A DNA stretch of 62,632 bases, filler included. It is 7 parts of 7 records of this genome, joined end to end, with 100 filler letters (N's around TTAATTAATTAA, not from the genome) between each part and the next. Parts side by side here need not be neighbours in the genome. Positions count along the whole stretch, not along the records: positions 23,455 to 36,181 come from SRR31156797_19217; positions 36,282 to 54,044 come from SRR31156797_19221; 5 more parts are not named here. One strand, 5' to 3'. The translations under genes and the position numbers were made by a program. The notes under the pieces were generated by a model, which saw only the letters and a list, made by a program, of their open reading frames with translations, had not been told where the DNA came from and searched no databases. Each line of letters starts with the position of its first letter. The stretch's first letter is position 1. Below are positions 29,216 through 39,099 of this stretch, in pieces.

Positions 29216-30277
29216 ATGAAAATCAACTATAAACTTTTTGCTTTACCTATTCTTGTGCTTATAGCTTTAGTCTATATCTCATTTTTATTCTCTTCTGAAA
29301 TTGATAGATTAAAAAAACAAATTGATAATATCTATTTTGGTAACTTTATCCCTGTTCATAGACTCCATATTATTAAAGAAGAGTACAAAAATATCATTTA
29401 TGATCAAAAAAACTTTGATTCAAGTAGAAAAAGCATTTTACTCAATTGGGAATTTTATAACTCACAGTATAAAACTATCCAAGAAAGAGATGTAGTTAAT
29501 AAAATAAATACACATATTAAAAAGTCATTTAAAACAAATACTAATCAATATTATAGATATCTTATTACTCAAATTGATCTTCTTATTCAGTATGAGGTAA
29601 GTTCAGCTGCCATTCAAAGAAAAGATTTCTTAGAAAAATACAATGATATAAGAGACTATCTATTTTATAATCAGATCTTTATAATGGTTTTTATTGCACT
29701 ATTTGTTCTTTTTACTGTAGTTACTACTATTAAAAGTCATAGCCGTTTAGAATATCTCGTCAATAAATACAAATCAGATTCTATTACCGATGGACTTACA
29801 GGACTGTATAATAGGAAATATTTTGATAGTGTTATGGATGAAACAACTGTAATTAGTTATGAGAATGACTGGGAGAGTGTCTTTATCATGATAGATATTG
29901 ACTTTTTTAAACAATTTAATGATACCTACGGGCATGATGCAGGAGATATTGCTTTAAAAACAGTTGCTGAGGCTTTAGATGCCATATTTAATAAAGAGTA
30001 TGATTATGTATTTCGTTTAGGTGGTGAAGAGTTTGGTATAATTATTTTTAATACAAATCGTGTTATTCTAGAACAAAGATTAAAATATCTTCAAAAAGTG
30101 ATTGCTTCAAAGCAAATAAAACATAGTGCTAGTAAAACAGGTTTTTTAACACTTTCTATGGGAGTTATAATGATCAATAAAAACACTTATAATCTCTCTC
30201 GAACTGAGCTTTATAAACTTGCAGATAAAAAACTATATCAATCAAAAGAGAATGGAAGGAACCAATATACATTATGA
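29216..30277 (+). CDS. Membrane-anchored diguanylate cyclase
   Basis: Two TM segments, DGLTGLYNR, DIDFFK, RLGGEEF. Confidence 0.9.
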   Translation: MKINYKLFALPILVLIALVYISFLFSSEIDRLKKQIDNIYFGNFIPVHRLHIIKEEYKNIIYDQKNFDSSRKSILLNWEFYNSQYKTIQERDVVNKINTHIKKSFKTNTNQYYRYLITQIDLLIQYEVSSAAIQRKDFLEKYNDIRDYLFYNQIFIMVFIALFVLFTVVTTIKSHSRLEYLVNKYKSDSITDGLTGLYNRKYFDSVMDETTVISYENDWESVFIMIDIDFFKQFNDTYGHDAGDIALKTVAEALDAIFNKEYDYVFRLGGEEFGIIIFNTNRVILEQRLKYLQKVIASKQIKHSASKTGFLTLSMGVIMINKNTYNLSRTELYKLADKKLYQSKENGRNQYTL

Positions 30278-30837
30278 GTTTTCTATTTAATAAAGATAGC
30301 CACTTCAATTTGGCAAACATTGTTACATTTTTTAATATCACATCTGGTATCCTTGCGATATATTTTATAACCCATGGAGATTTTTTTGCAGCAGCTCTTT
30401 TTGCATGGCTTGCAGGTGCTTTTGATATAGTTGATGGGAAAATTGCCAGAAAATATCAGCTTTCAACACAGTTTGGAATCCAACTTGATTCCTATGCAGA
30501 TTTTCTTTCTTTTGTAATAGTTCCAACTTTATTTATCTATTTTGCGATCATAGATACAAAAGAGATCCATTTTTTAAATACAGCATTTGTTGCTTTTACT
30601 TTTATCTATTATGTTATCTCAGGTCTTCGAAGACTGATCCAGTTTAACATCAATTCAAATATGGGGGAAGTGGACAAGTATTTTACAGGAGTTCCAACTC
30701 CACTTGGAGCGATACTTCTTTGGTGTGTTTATTTAGGATGGAACTTTGAATTGATTGCAAATGAAAATATTGTATTGGTTTTAGTGATTATTATAGGATA
30801 TTCTTTAAATTCAAAAATAAAAATACCTCACCCATAA
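30274..30837 (+). CDS. CDP-alcohol phosphatidyltransferase (PssA-like)
   Basis: DIVDGKIAR...GIQLDSYADFLSF, FTGVPTP. Confidence 0.85.
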   Translation: MSFLFNKDSHFNLANIVTFFNITSGILAIYFITHGDFFAAALFAWLAGAFDIVDGKIARKYQLSTQFGIQLDSYADFLSFVIVPTLFIYFAIIDTKEIHFLNTAFVAFTFIYYVISGLRRLIQFNINSNMGEVDKYFTGVPTPLGAILLWCVYLGWNFELIANENIVLVLVIIIGYSLNSKIKIPHP

Positions 30838-30852
30838 AATAAAGAGTAGGGT

Positions 30853-31575
30853 TTAAGAAGCGAGTAGTCTTTCTCCTACAACTGGTTCAACATTTGTTTG
30901 TGTATCAACCATTGTACTTGAAAATTCAGTAAATGTTTCTTTTGTAAATTGTTTACTCTCTTGTTCAAAATTGACTGAAGAGATCACAGGATTGTTTTGA
31001 GTTAGTTTTTCTTTTTCATTTGAAAAATTCTCTTTTGCATCCTGTGTAGTTTGGATAATTTCATTATTAAGCGTTTCATTTACCTGTTCTAATCTTTGTT
31101 TTTGTTCCTCAACAGCTTGAAGAAGCTCCTCTTGACTTATTGGTCTTGCACCTAGGATTCCATCAAAATAAGTTCGACTATCTTCACTCTCTTTTTCTGC
31201 AACAATATTTGCCATTCTCTCAATTGAAGTTTGTGATTTTGAATTAAAAGTTTTAATAAAATCTTGAACCTCTCCTTGATAATTATCAATTGAACCAGTT
31301 GCAACAGATGAAACCATTTGCCCAAAATTTTTTACCATCTCAAGCTGAGTTGTAGTCTCACTTTGAAGGGTTTGTAAATTTGATATTCGATTCACACTAG
31401 AAGATATATTAACTAAGAAATTGTTTGTATGAGATGTTGCTTCAACAACATCATTTTTTATTCTATTATTTGTTGAAGATGAAAGTTCTTCAACTTTTCC
31501 AATAGGAGAATTTGTAGAAACAGTATTATTTTGAACCAGTGGAAGCTGTGTATTATTTACTTGTGTTAATTCCAT
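30853..31575 (-). CDS. Hypothetical protein with a flagellin-like C-terminus
   Basis: AGGAGG RBS before ATG 31575; C-terminus ISSVNFEQESKQFTK...TQTN...V.ERLL resembles the flagellin D0. Confidence 0.55.
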   Translation of the reverse strand: MELTQVNNTQLPLVQNNTVSTNSPIGKVEELSSSTNNRIKNDVVEATSHTNNFLVNISSSVNRISNLQTLQSETTTQLEMVKNFGQMVSSVATGSIDNYQGEVQDFIKTFNSKSQTSIERMANIVAEKESEDSRTYFDGILGARPISQEELLQAVEEQKQRLEQVNETLNNEIIQTTQDAKENFSNEKEKLTQNNPVISSVNFEQESKQFTKETFTEFSSTMVDTQTNVEPVVGERLLAS

Positions 31576-31763
31576 AATGATCCTCCTGTTTATCTTTGTA
31601 TAATAATTATACACTATTTTTGCATATTCTTTTCTTAAAGTTTTATTAAATTTTAATTTTTCCTTAAACTAGGAGTAAAATACTCTTATAACTAATTATT
31701 AATGTTATTTTAGATAAAATCCAACTTATTTTCAATCTAAAAAAAGAAAGAAGAGACTAGTAT

Positions 31764-33488
31764 ATGAGTTACCATTCAAGTGAGACACAAGAACAATTAA
31801 CAGGTTCTCAAATTGTAATAGAAGCACTAAAACGAGAAGGAACTGAAGTAGTATTTGGTTACCCTGGCGGTGCTATTATGAACGTATATGATGAGATATA
31901 TAAACAAGATTATTTCCAACATATTTTAACAAAACATGAACAAGCTGCGATCCATGCAGCAGATGCGTATGCAAGAAGTAGTGGTGAAGTAGGGGTCGCT
32001 ATTGTTACAAGTGGTCCTGGGTTTACCAATGCAGTGACAGGTTTAGCTACAGCTTATACTGATAGCATCCCTATGGTTGTAATAAGTGGTCAGGTACCAA
32101 CTTCAGTAATTGGAACAGATGCCTTTCAAGAGATTGATGCTGTTGGTATTAGTAGATCATGTACAAAACACAACTTTTTAGTAAATGATGTAAATGAGCT
32201 AACAAGGGTTTTAAAAATCGCTTTTCATATAGCAAAAACAGGGCGACCAGGTCCAGTGCATATTGATCTACCAAAAGATGTAAGTGCGGATCTTGCATAT
32301 TTTAATTATGATCAAGAGTTTGAGCTTCCTACCTATAAACCAACTATTAAAGGGAATATTAGACAAATAAAAGCTGCACTGAAACATATTAGTGAGTGTA
32401 AAAGACCTTTACTTTATGTTGGTGGTGGAGCTGTTTTATCAAACTGTTATGAAGAGATCAGAGAGTTTGCTCATAAAACAAATATTCCAGTAGTTGAAAC
32501 ACTTATGGCTAGAGGTATTATGAGAAGTGATGATGAGCTTCTTTTTGGTATGCTTGGAATGCATGGGGAATATGCAGCAAATATGGCTATGAGTCAAACA
32601 GATATGATCATCGCTCTTGGAGCTAGATTTGACGATAGAGTTACAGGACGACTTGATGTATTTGCTAAAAAAGCACATGTTGTCCATGTAGATATTGATC
32701 CTGCAAGTATTGCCAAAATAGTAAAACCAAACTATCCAATCGTTGGGGATCTAAAAGTTGTAATGAATCAAATCTTAGAGCATGTCAAAGATTTTAATTT
32801 TAATGACTACAGCCCATGGGTTGATAAACTTCATGAATACAGACGTGAACAACCTTTAAAATACTTTGAAGATAGTGATAGATTAAAACCACAATGGGTA
32901 ATCCAAAGAGTAGGGGAGCTTTTAGGTGATAAAGCACTCATCTCTACTGATGTTGGTCAACACCAAATGTGGACAGCTCAATTTTATCCATTTAATTATC
33001 CAAGACAATGGATGACAAGTGGAGGTCTTGGAACTATGGGAGTTGGACTTCCATATGCTATGGGTGTAAAAAGAGCAAATCCAGATAAAGTCTCAGTAAA
33101 CTTTACAGGTGATGGATCTATTATGATGAATATCCAAGAGATCATCACTTGTACACAATATAATTTACCACATATCAATATTGTTTTAAACAATAATTAT
33201 CTTGGGATGGTAAGACAATGGCAAACTAGATTTTATGAAGATAGACTCTCCGAGACAAACCTAGAGATTCAAGCAGATTTTACAATGCTTGCAGAGTCTA
33301 TGGGTGGAGTTGGATATAGAGTTCATACAAAAGAAGAGTTTGATAAAGCCCTGCAAGATGCAGTAGATTCAAATAAAGTAGCGATGATCGAAGTTATTAT
33401 TGATAGAAGAGAAGAGGTTTTACCTATGGTTCCAAATGGACATGCCTTAGATGATATGCTTCTTTTAGAAGATAAAGGGGATAAGTAA
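31764..33488 (+). CDS. ilvB: Acetolactate synthase large subunit
   Basis: FGYPGGA, HEQAA, TSGPG, DVGQHQMW, GDGS...NN. Confidence 0.95.
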   Translation: MSYHSSETQEQLTGSQIVIEALKREGTEVVFGYPGGAIMNVYDEIYKQDYFQHILTKHEQAAIHAADAYARSSGEVGVAIVTSGPGFTNAVTGLATAYTDSIPMVVISGQVPTSVIGTDAFQEIDAVGISRSCTKHNFLVNDVNELTRVLKIAFHIAKTGRPGPVHIDLPKDVSADLAYFNYDQEFELPTYKPTIKGNIRQIKAALKHISECKRPLLYVGGGAVLSNCYEEIREFAHKTNIPVVETLMARGIMRSDDELLFGMLGMHGEYAANMAMSQTDMIIALGARFDDRVTGRLDVFAKKAHVVHVDIDPASIAKIVKPNYPIVGDLKVVMNQILEHVKDFNFNDYSPWVDKLHEYRREQPLKYFEDSDRLKPQWVIQRVGELLGDKALISTDVGQHQMWTAQFYPFNYPRQWMTSGGLGTMGVGLPYAMGVKRANPDKVSVNFTGDGSIMMNIQEIITCTQYNLPHINIVLNNNYLGMVRQWQTRFYEDRLSETNLEIQADFTMLAESMGGVGYRVHTKEEFDKALQDAVDSNKVAMIEVIIDRREEVLPMVPNGHALDDMLLLEDKGDK

Positions 33489-33985
33489 TGAACAACTTTA
33501 AAGACTTTTATGATAGTGAAGAGAAAAGAGAAGTATTATCAGTAATCGTTGTAAATAGGGAGTCTGTTTTAAGTAGAATAGTAGATCTATTCTCAGCTCG
33601 TGGATATAATATCGATAGTTTAACAGTAGCTCCAATCCCTGAGTCTGTATATTCAAGAATTACTATTATTACAAATGGGCGAGCAAGAGTAATCGATCAA
33701 ATTGTAAAACAACTTAATAAACTAGTTCCTGTACTAAAGGTTATTGAGCATAAAGATGCGATTGAAAAAGATACTGTACTGATTAAAATACCTATTGATC
33801 AAAACCTCAGTGATATTGATGTAATTGCCAAAGCTTATAATGGAGCTATTCAGAATGTTACCCATGAAGCAGTTGTTGTTTCAGCAACAGATGAGCCTAA
33901 AAGGATAGAGAACTTTATACATATAATACAAAAGTATAAACCGCTTGAAATTGTAAGAAGTGGTGTAGTTGCTATAGAGAGATAA
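33488..33985 (+). CDS. ilvH: Acetolactate synthase small subunit
   Basis: ACT domain VLSRIVDLFSARGYNIDSL, QIVKQLNKL. Confidence 0.92.
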   Translation: MNNFKDFYDSEEKREVLSVIVVNRESVLSRIVDLFSARGYNIDSLTVAPIPESVYSRITIITNGRARVIDQIVKQLNKLVPVLKVIEHKDAIEKDTVLIKIPIDQNLSDIDVIAKAYNGAIQNVTHEAVVVSATDEPKRIENFIHIIQKYKPLEIVRSGVVAIER

Positions 33986-33988
33986 ACC

Positions 33989-34951
33989 TTGAAACTTCAA
34001 GATATCTGCCAAAAACTGAACTTAGAGCTATCTCATAGTGAAGATAAGATCATAACTGGTCTTAATACTTTAAAAGATGCTTCTACTAATGAGATATCTT
34101 TTTTAGAAAATAGTAAGTATCTATCAGAATTAGAAACAACCAATGCTGGAGCAGTTTTTGTCAAAAAAGTAGATATAAAACATGTTCCTAAGAACTGTGT
34201 TGCATTAGAATGTGATGAGCCTTATATTACTTTAGCATACGCTTCAAAACTTTTTGCCCCTTCTATTGTAGAAAAAAATGGTAAAAATGCGATGGTAGGT
34301 GATAATACAACGATCCAAGAGAATGTTTTTCTTGGAAAAAACTCTACTATTGGAAAAAACTGTACTATAATGTCTGGAAGTTTTATCGGTGATTATGTAA
34401 GTATTGGAGATAACACTATTATCTACCCTAATGTAACTATCTATAGAGATTGTGAAATTGGAAACAATACAATAATTCATTCAGGTACTGTTATAGGAAG
34501 TGATGGGTTTGGATTTGCAACTGATACTAAAACAGGAACTCATATTAAGATCTATCAGAATGGAAACGTAAAAATAGGAAACCATGTAGAGATAGGGGCA
34601 AGCTGTACTATAGATAGAGCTGCTTTTAAAAGTACTATCATTGAAGATATGGTACGAATCGATAATCTTGTTCATATAGCACATAACTGCGTAATTGGTC
34701 GTGGAAGTATTCTTGTAACACAAGTTGGAATAAGTGGGTCAACCACTTTAGGAGAATATGTTGTTATGGCTGGACAAAGTGCAGCAGTTGGACATATTAG
34801 TATTGCTCCATTTACTACTATTCACGCACGTGGTGGTGTGACAAAGTCAATAACTGAGCCTAAAAAACATTGGGGAGGTTTTCCTTTAATGGAACAAAAA
34901 GCTTGGTTAAAGCTTCAAGCAAAAATTCAAAGACTCTTAAAAAAAGGATAA
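33989..34951 (+). CDS. lpxD: UDP-3-O-acylglucosamine N-acyltransferase
   Basis: Hexapeptide repeats, IGSDGFGF, IDNLVHIAHN. Confidence 0.95.
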   Translation: MKLQDICQKLNLELSHSEDKIITGLNTLKDASTNEISFLENSKYLSELETTNAGAVFVKKVDIKHVPKNCVALECDEPYITLAYASKLFAPSIVEKNGKNAMVGDNTTIQENVFLGKNSTIGKNCTIMSGSFIGDYVSIGDNTIIYPNVTIYRDCEIGNNTIIHSGTVIGSDGFGFATDTKTGTHIKIYQNGNVKIGNHVEIGASCTIDRAAFKSTIIEDMVRIDNLVHIAHNCVIGRGSILVTQVGISGSTTLGEYVVMAGQSAAVGHISIAPFTTIHARGGVTKSITEPKKHWGGFPLMEQKAWLKLQAKIQRLLKKG

Positions 34952-34954
34952 CCC

Positions 34955-36181
34955 ATAGCTACGAAAATTGCCTCTATTATATTGGCGTTTATTTTAATAT
35001 TTTTCTCCTATTCTATTTTTGTATCAGATATTAATAGTGTTGGTAAAGTAGGGCATATTGTTTCTCTTTACTCTAAAGAATATCTTGGGTATTTAGCATA
35101 TATTTACCTTGTTATTTTACTCTATCCTTTATATAAAGTAAATTTTTCTTATATTGATAAAGCTATCTCAAAAACGATTTCACTTACAATTCTAAGTTTA
35201 TCTCTAATTGTATTACAATCTTTAGTAATAGATGGAGAGATGTCAGGAAAAATAGGGGATATAATAGTTGAGTTCTTTTTACCATTTATTGGACTCACTG
35301 GACTTTGGATAGTATTTTTAATAGGTTTTTTTATCTCTATTATGGTTCTTTTAGAATCAAGCTCATTAGTGATCCATGATAAATTTTTAAATATGAAAAA
35401 TAAGATTGGTGAGTTTTTTAAACTTCCTCCAAAACTTCATAAGATTAAAGAGCCGCCAAGAAAGCTAAAAAGAAATCATGCTATTGAACAAAAAGTTACT
35501 GTACAAGAAGTAGGGGATACAGCTGAAATTAAAATAGAGCCATATGAAGAGGAGTCTATAAAAGAATCTGGTTTCGAAACAACTCCATCAGTGGAAGAAA
35601 ATATATCACCAGCCTATGTGGAAACACAACAAGAAGAAACTATATCTGAGCCTCTAATAAAAGAGCAAAATACAACTCCCATTAAAGAGCCTAAACAAGA
35701 AGAGATTGTACAAGAGCATATTGTAGAAGAAGTAACCTATCAAGAACAAACACCTAGTTTAGAAAAAGAAAAAATTGTAGACAATACACTCCATGAAGCA
35801 CCTCATAAACACTCAGTTTTAGTCAATGAACTTGAAGAAAATAAAAAGCTTCTAGATGATATTGAGCTTGGGAATGCTCAAAAACCAAAAGATTTTAAAT
35901 TACCTCCAACTAATATTTTTCAAAGACCTCAAAAAGACTCTAAAAATAAAGTGGATGAGGCATTTATTGATAAAAAAATATCTGACCTTTTAGAAAAATT
36001 GAGTATGTTTAAAATTGAAGGAGATGTAGTAAGAACCTATACTGGACCAATAGTAACTACATTTGAGTTTAAACCTGCACCAAATGTAAAAGTATCAAAG
36101 ATATTAAATCTTCAAGATGACCTTGCTATGGCGCTTAAGGCTACAACCATTAGAATTCAAGCTCCAATTCCAGGAAAAGAT
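34955..36181 (+). CDS. ftsK: DNA translocase, 3'-truncated (start uncertain: ATA 34955 or TTG 34982)
   Basis: N-terminal TM segments, linker, GPIVTTFEF.PAPNVKVSKI..L.DDLA.AL, RIQAPIPGK. Confidence 0.92.
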
Positions 36182-36428
36182 NNNNNNNNNNNNNNNNNNN
36201 NNNNNNNNNNNNNNNNNNNNNNNNNTTAATTAATTAANNNNNNNNNNNNNNNNNNNNNNNNNNNNNNNNNNNNNNNNNNNNTTAGAGCATACGGAGCCGC
36301 ATAGTTGCGAGTAGCAGAGGTTCTTTTTTAACACCGCCAACCTTTAGCTCGCGAGCACAATTTAAATCAATTTAAAGCGAGCAAAACTTCGTTTTGACGA
36401 TTAATTGATATATTTGCAAAACAAAGTT

Positions 36429-36501
36429 TTGGCTATGTGCTGGTTTTCAGGACATTGCAAGTAAGAAAACTCTCACAAGCCACAACGTTGCCAACTGTAA
36501 T
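36429..36501 (+). repeat. attC-like cassette boundary, copy 1
   Basis: 61-bp unit 47/61 identical to 37118-37178, ending CAAC/GTT, then GTTGCCAACTGTAAT, whose inverse lies at 37111-37125. Confidence 0.65.
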
Positions 36502-36584
36502 GAAGCGCTTCCATTGTTCTCTTTTCAAAATACTTTTTGGATGTGGTGTGAAATTGGTGTATATTTACATCAAAACTATTGATT

Positions 36585-36824
36585 ATGTCTAGACAAAGTA
36601 TTTCATTCACGCAACCAAATGACGATTGGTTAAAAGCTCAAGTTGAAAGTAAAGAATATTCAAGTAAGAGTGAATTAGTCAACGATTTGATACGCCAAGC
36701 TAGAAAGCAGCAGCGACAAATAGACTGGATAAGATCAAAATTAGAAAGGGCTGAGAATAGCGGATTTACAAGTGACAGTAAAGAACAGATACTTGCACAA
36801 TCAAAGACTCAACTTGATGACTAA
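36585..36824 (+). CDS. Ribbon-helix-helix antitoxin (ParD/CopG-like)
   Basis: RQSISFT...YSSKSELVNDLIRQAR; overlaps the toxin start. Confidence 0.85.
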   Translation: MSRQSISFTQPNDDWLKAQVESKEYSSKSELVNDLIRQARKQQRQIDWIRSKLERAENSGFTSDSKEQILAQSKTQLDD

Positions 36825-37110
36825 GTACAAATTAAGTAATGTTGCCAAGGAGGATTTGATTAGGATTCATCAATATGGAGTTAAACGATTCGGGTTGACT
36901 CAAGCTGACAAATATTTTGACACCTTTTTTGACTTTTTTGAAATTATAGCGGACCGACCATTTGCTTTTGAATCAGTTGACTATATCAAACCTGGATACA
37001 GACGCTGTGTTTGTGGTTCTGACTCAATTTATTTCAAAGTAAATAACGACATAGTTGAAATCATGGCGATTGTTGGGCAACAAGATCTTGACAATGCATT
37101 AAATGGTTAA
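36817..37110 (+). CDS. RelE/ParE-family toxin
   Basis: YKLSNVAKEDL..I..YG...FG..QADKY...GYRR....S..IYF ParE pattern. Confidence 0.88.
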   Translation: MTKYKLSNVAKEDLIRIHQYGVKRFGLTQADKYFDTFFDFFEIIADRPFAFESVDYIKPGYRRCVCGSDSIYFKVNNDIVEIMAIVGQQDLDNALNG

Positions 37111-37188
37111 ATTACAGTTGGCTACGTGCTGGTTTTTAGTATATTGCAAATAAGATAATATTCATCATTCGCAACGTTAGACTCAATG
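37111..37188 (+). repeat. attC-like cassette boundary, copy 2 (shortened)
   Basis: Starts right after the ParE stop and ends GTTAGACTCA-ATG at the M23 start. Confidence 0.65.
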
Positions 37189-38031
37189 AAAAGACTAAAA
37201 TACATATTGATACTTAGTACTTTCTTGCTTTTAGGGTGCAAATACAACTTATCGAAGCTTCCGAAAGATTTATTCTACCAATATGATCATGATATTCGAT
37301 ACGAATTTAGTAATAATGACACCTTGGTAATTGATATAAAAAACCACCTAAAATGTCCAATGAGAATTTGGATTCAATCCAAAGATGATCAAGTAAAATC
37401 TTATTTTAGAGAAATTAATCCAATCACTTTACGCCCACTTCGAGACACAGTTTTAGCAGTAAAGATTGCGGGTGTTAAGATAAAAGAGTTGAATTTTGCA
37501 TCCAGATTTGGCGATATTAACAAAAAAGTAAATGTTAGTAAAGTTGAATTACCATTTCAGAAGAATAAAAGTTATCCCTTAGTACAAGGCTACAATTCTT
37601 TACCAACGCACAATAATGATTTGTCTAGATATGCATTTGATTTTGGGCTTGCTATTGGCGATACTATTTGTGCTGCCACAAAAGGTTTTGTGGTTGGAGT
37701 TATTGATGGTTACAAATATGGAGGATATGATTCTGAATGGAGAAATTATGCAAATTGCATAACCATATATGATCCACATACAGGACTTTTCACTCAATAT
37801 GTTCATTTAGATTACAAAGGAAGCCTTGTTCAAGTGGGAGACAGTGTTGTTGTAGGCCAAAATATCGGGATTTCAGGCATGACAGGTTTAACAAATGTAG
37901 CACATCTGCATTTTAATTGCCTCAAACCAATCCATTCAGAAGATGGATTAATTTCCATTCCCCTGGATAGCATCGGACAGTATAAAATTTCTGAGATGAA
38001 AAGAAATGAAATGATAAAGAATATGAACTGA
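37186..38031 (+). CDS. M23-family metallopeptidase lipoprotein
   Basis: Lipobox LLGC, HxxxxxxAFDF, YVHL, AHLHF. Confidence 0.85.
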   Translation: MKRLKYILILSTFLLLGCKYNLSKLPKDLFYQYDHDIRYEFSNNDTLVIDIKNHLKCPMRIWIQSKDDQVKSYFREINPITLRPLRDTVLAVKIAGVKIKELNFASRFGDINKKVNVSKVELPFQKNKSYPLVQGYNSLPTHNNDLSRYAFDFGLAIGDTICAATKGFVVGVIDGYKYGGYDSEWRNYANCITIYDPHTGLFTQYVHLDYKGSLVQVGDSVVVGQNIGISGMTGLTNVAHLHFNCLKPIHSEDGLISIPLDSIGQYKISEMKRNEMIKNMN

Positions 38032-38514
38032 GTCAAATATTAGCTAGAAAACAAAGCGCAACAAAAGCTTTTGAATGATATATTGCTTCCCAGAAAAGAC
38101 TGTTTATTAAGTTATTTTTTACTCCAGTTAGCTTGTTAATAATCAATAAGTATTCCCCTATATATCAGATAATTGATGTATATCGAACACACGTTTTTTA
38201 AAAAGAGTTAACTTATTACAGGTAAAATTATGAAGTCAGGGCAATGTAGCACAATTAAGTATTGTGTTTGATTCAAATTTTGTCAGATAGTTAGCATGTA
38301 TTTATTGCTAAATGCCTGAGCAATTTGCGAATCGTTTACTATTTTGCAAAAATCATAATCATTTTTATTTTCAGTCATAATGCCGTAACTTTATATATCA
38401 AAGGTTAATTTATTAATAATCTTTGCATTCGGGGCAATAAAGACCACCCTATCTATTGCATAGACTCTCAGTTGCAGGATAGTGTTAAGGAGTAGATCAA
38501 CTAAAATATTTATT

Positions 38515-39099
38515 ATGACAAGGAATCTGTGCTTCATATTTTCCTTAATCGTCGTGTTTGCTTTGTCCATCAATAAACTTTGTGCTAATAATGTGTGCCA
38601 GGCTTCAGGAGATACCATTTCAAAGCCAAATAAAAAATTGTATTTCACCATCAAATATGGACAGGGCGGATTCAGCGATTCAAGATCACCAAAGGGAAAG
38701 CTGGGAGGAGGCCAACTGGGATTAATGGCTCAACATATCGATTACCCCTTGGCTATCTCCATTTTTTCAGAATACTACACCAATAGCTCAGAACCCGAAA
38801 ATCCATATGAGATTTCTGACATGGGTGTTATAAATCTGTATTACTCAAAACATTTTTTGAAAGGTAATCGAATGAACATTTATGCTGGTCCGGGCCTGGG
38901 GTATTTGGCTGTACCTCAAATAGATGCAAGGCCTGCCAAGGCGATGTTGTATAATGTTGAAATTGGTGTGCAAGCCAGGCTATTATGGAAGTTTGGTTTG
39001 TATGCGACATATAAATACTTGTATGCATACAGGCAACATAAAATTGACTTTAGCGAACATATTTTATTGGTGGGAATTAATTTTCGTTTTAAACTATAA
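38515..39099 (+). CDS. Outer-membrane beta-barrel-like hypothetical protein
   Basis: Signal peptide, alternating beta strands, C-terminal VGINFRF. Confidence 0.65.
   Translation: MTRNLCFIFSLIVVFALSINKLCANNVCQASGDTISKPNKKLYFTIKYGQGGFSDSRSPKGKLGGGQLGLMAQHIDYPLAISIFSEYYTNSSEPENPYEISDMGVINLYYSKHFLKGNRMNIYAGPGLGYLAVPQIDARPAKAMLYNVEIGVQARLLWKFGLYATYKYLYAYRQHKIDFSEHILLVGINFRFKL

Noticed and set aside
36429-37178. CRISPR interpretation of the direct repeats
   Set aside because: Only two 61-bp copies separated by whole genes; no cas genes.
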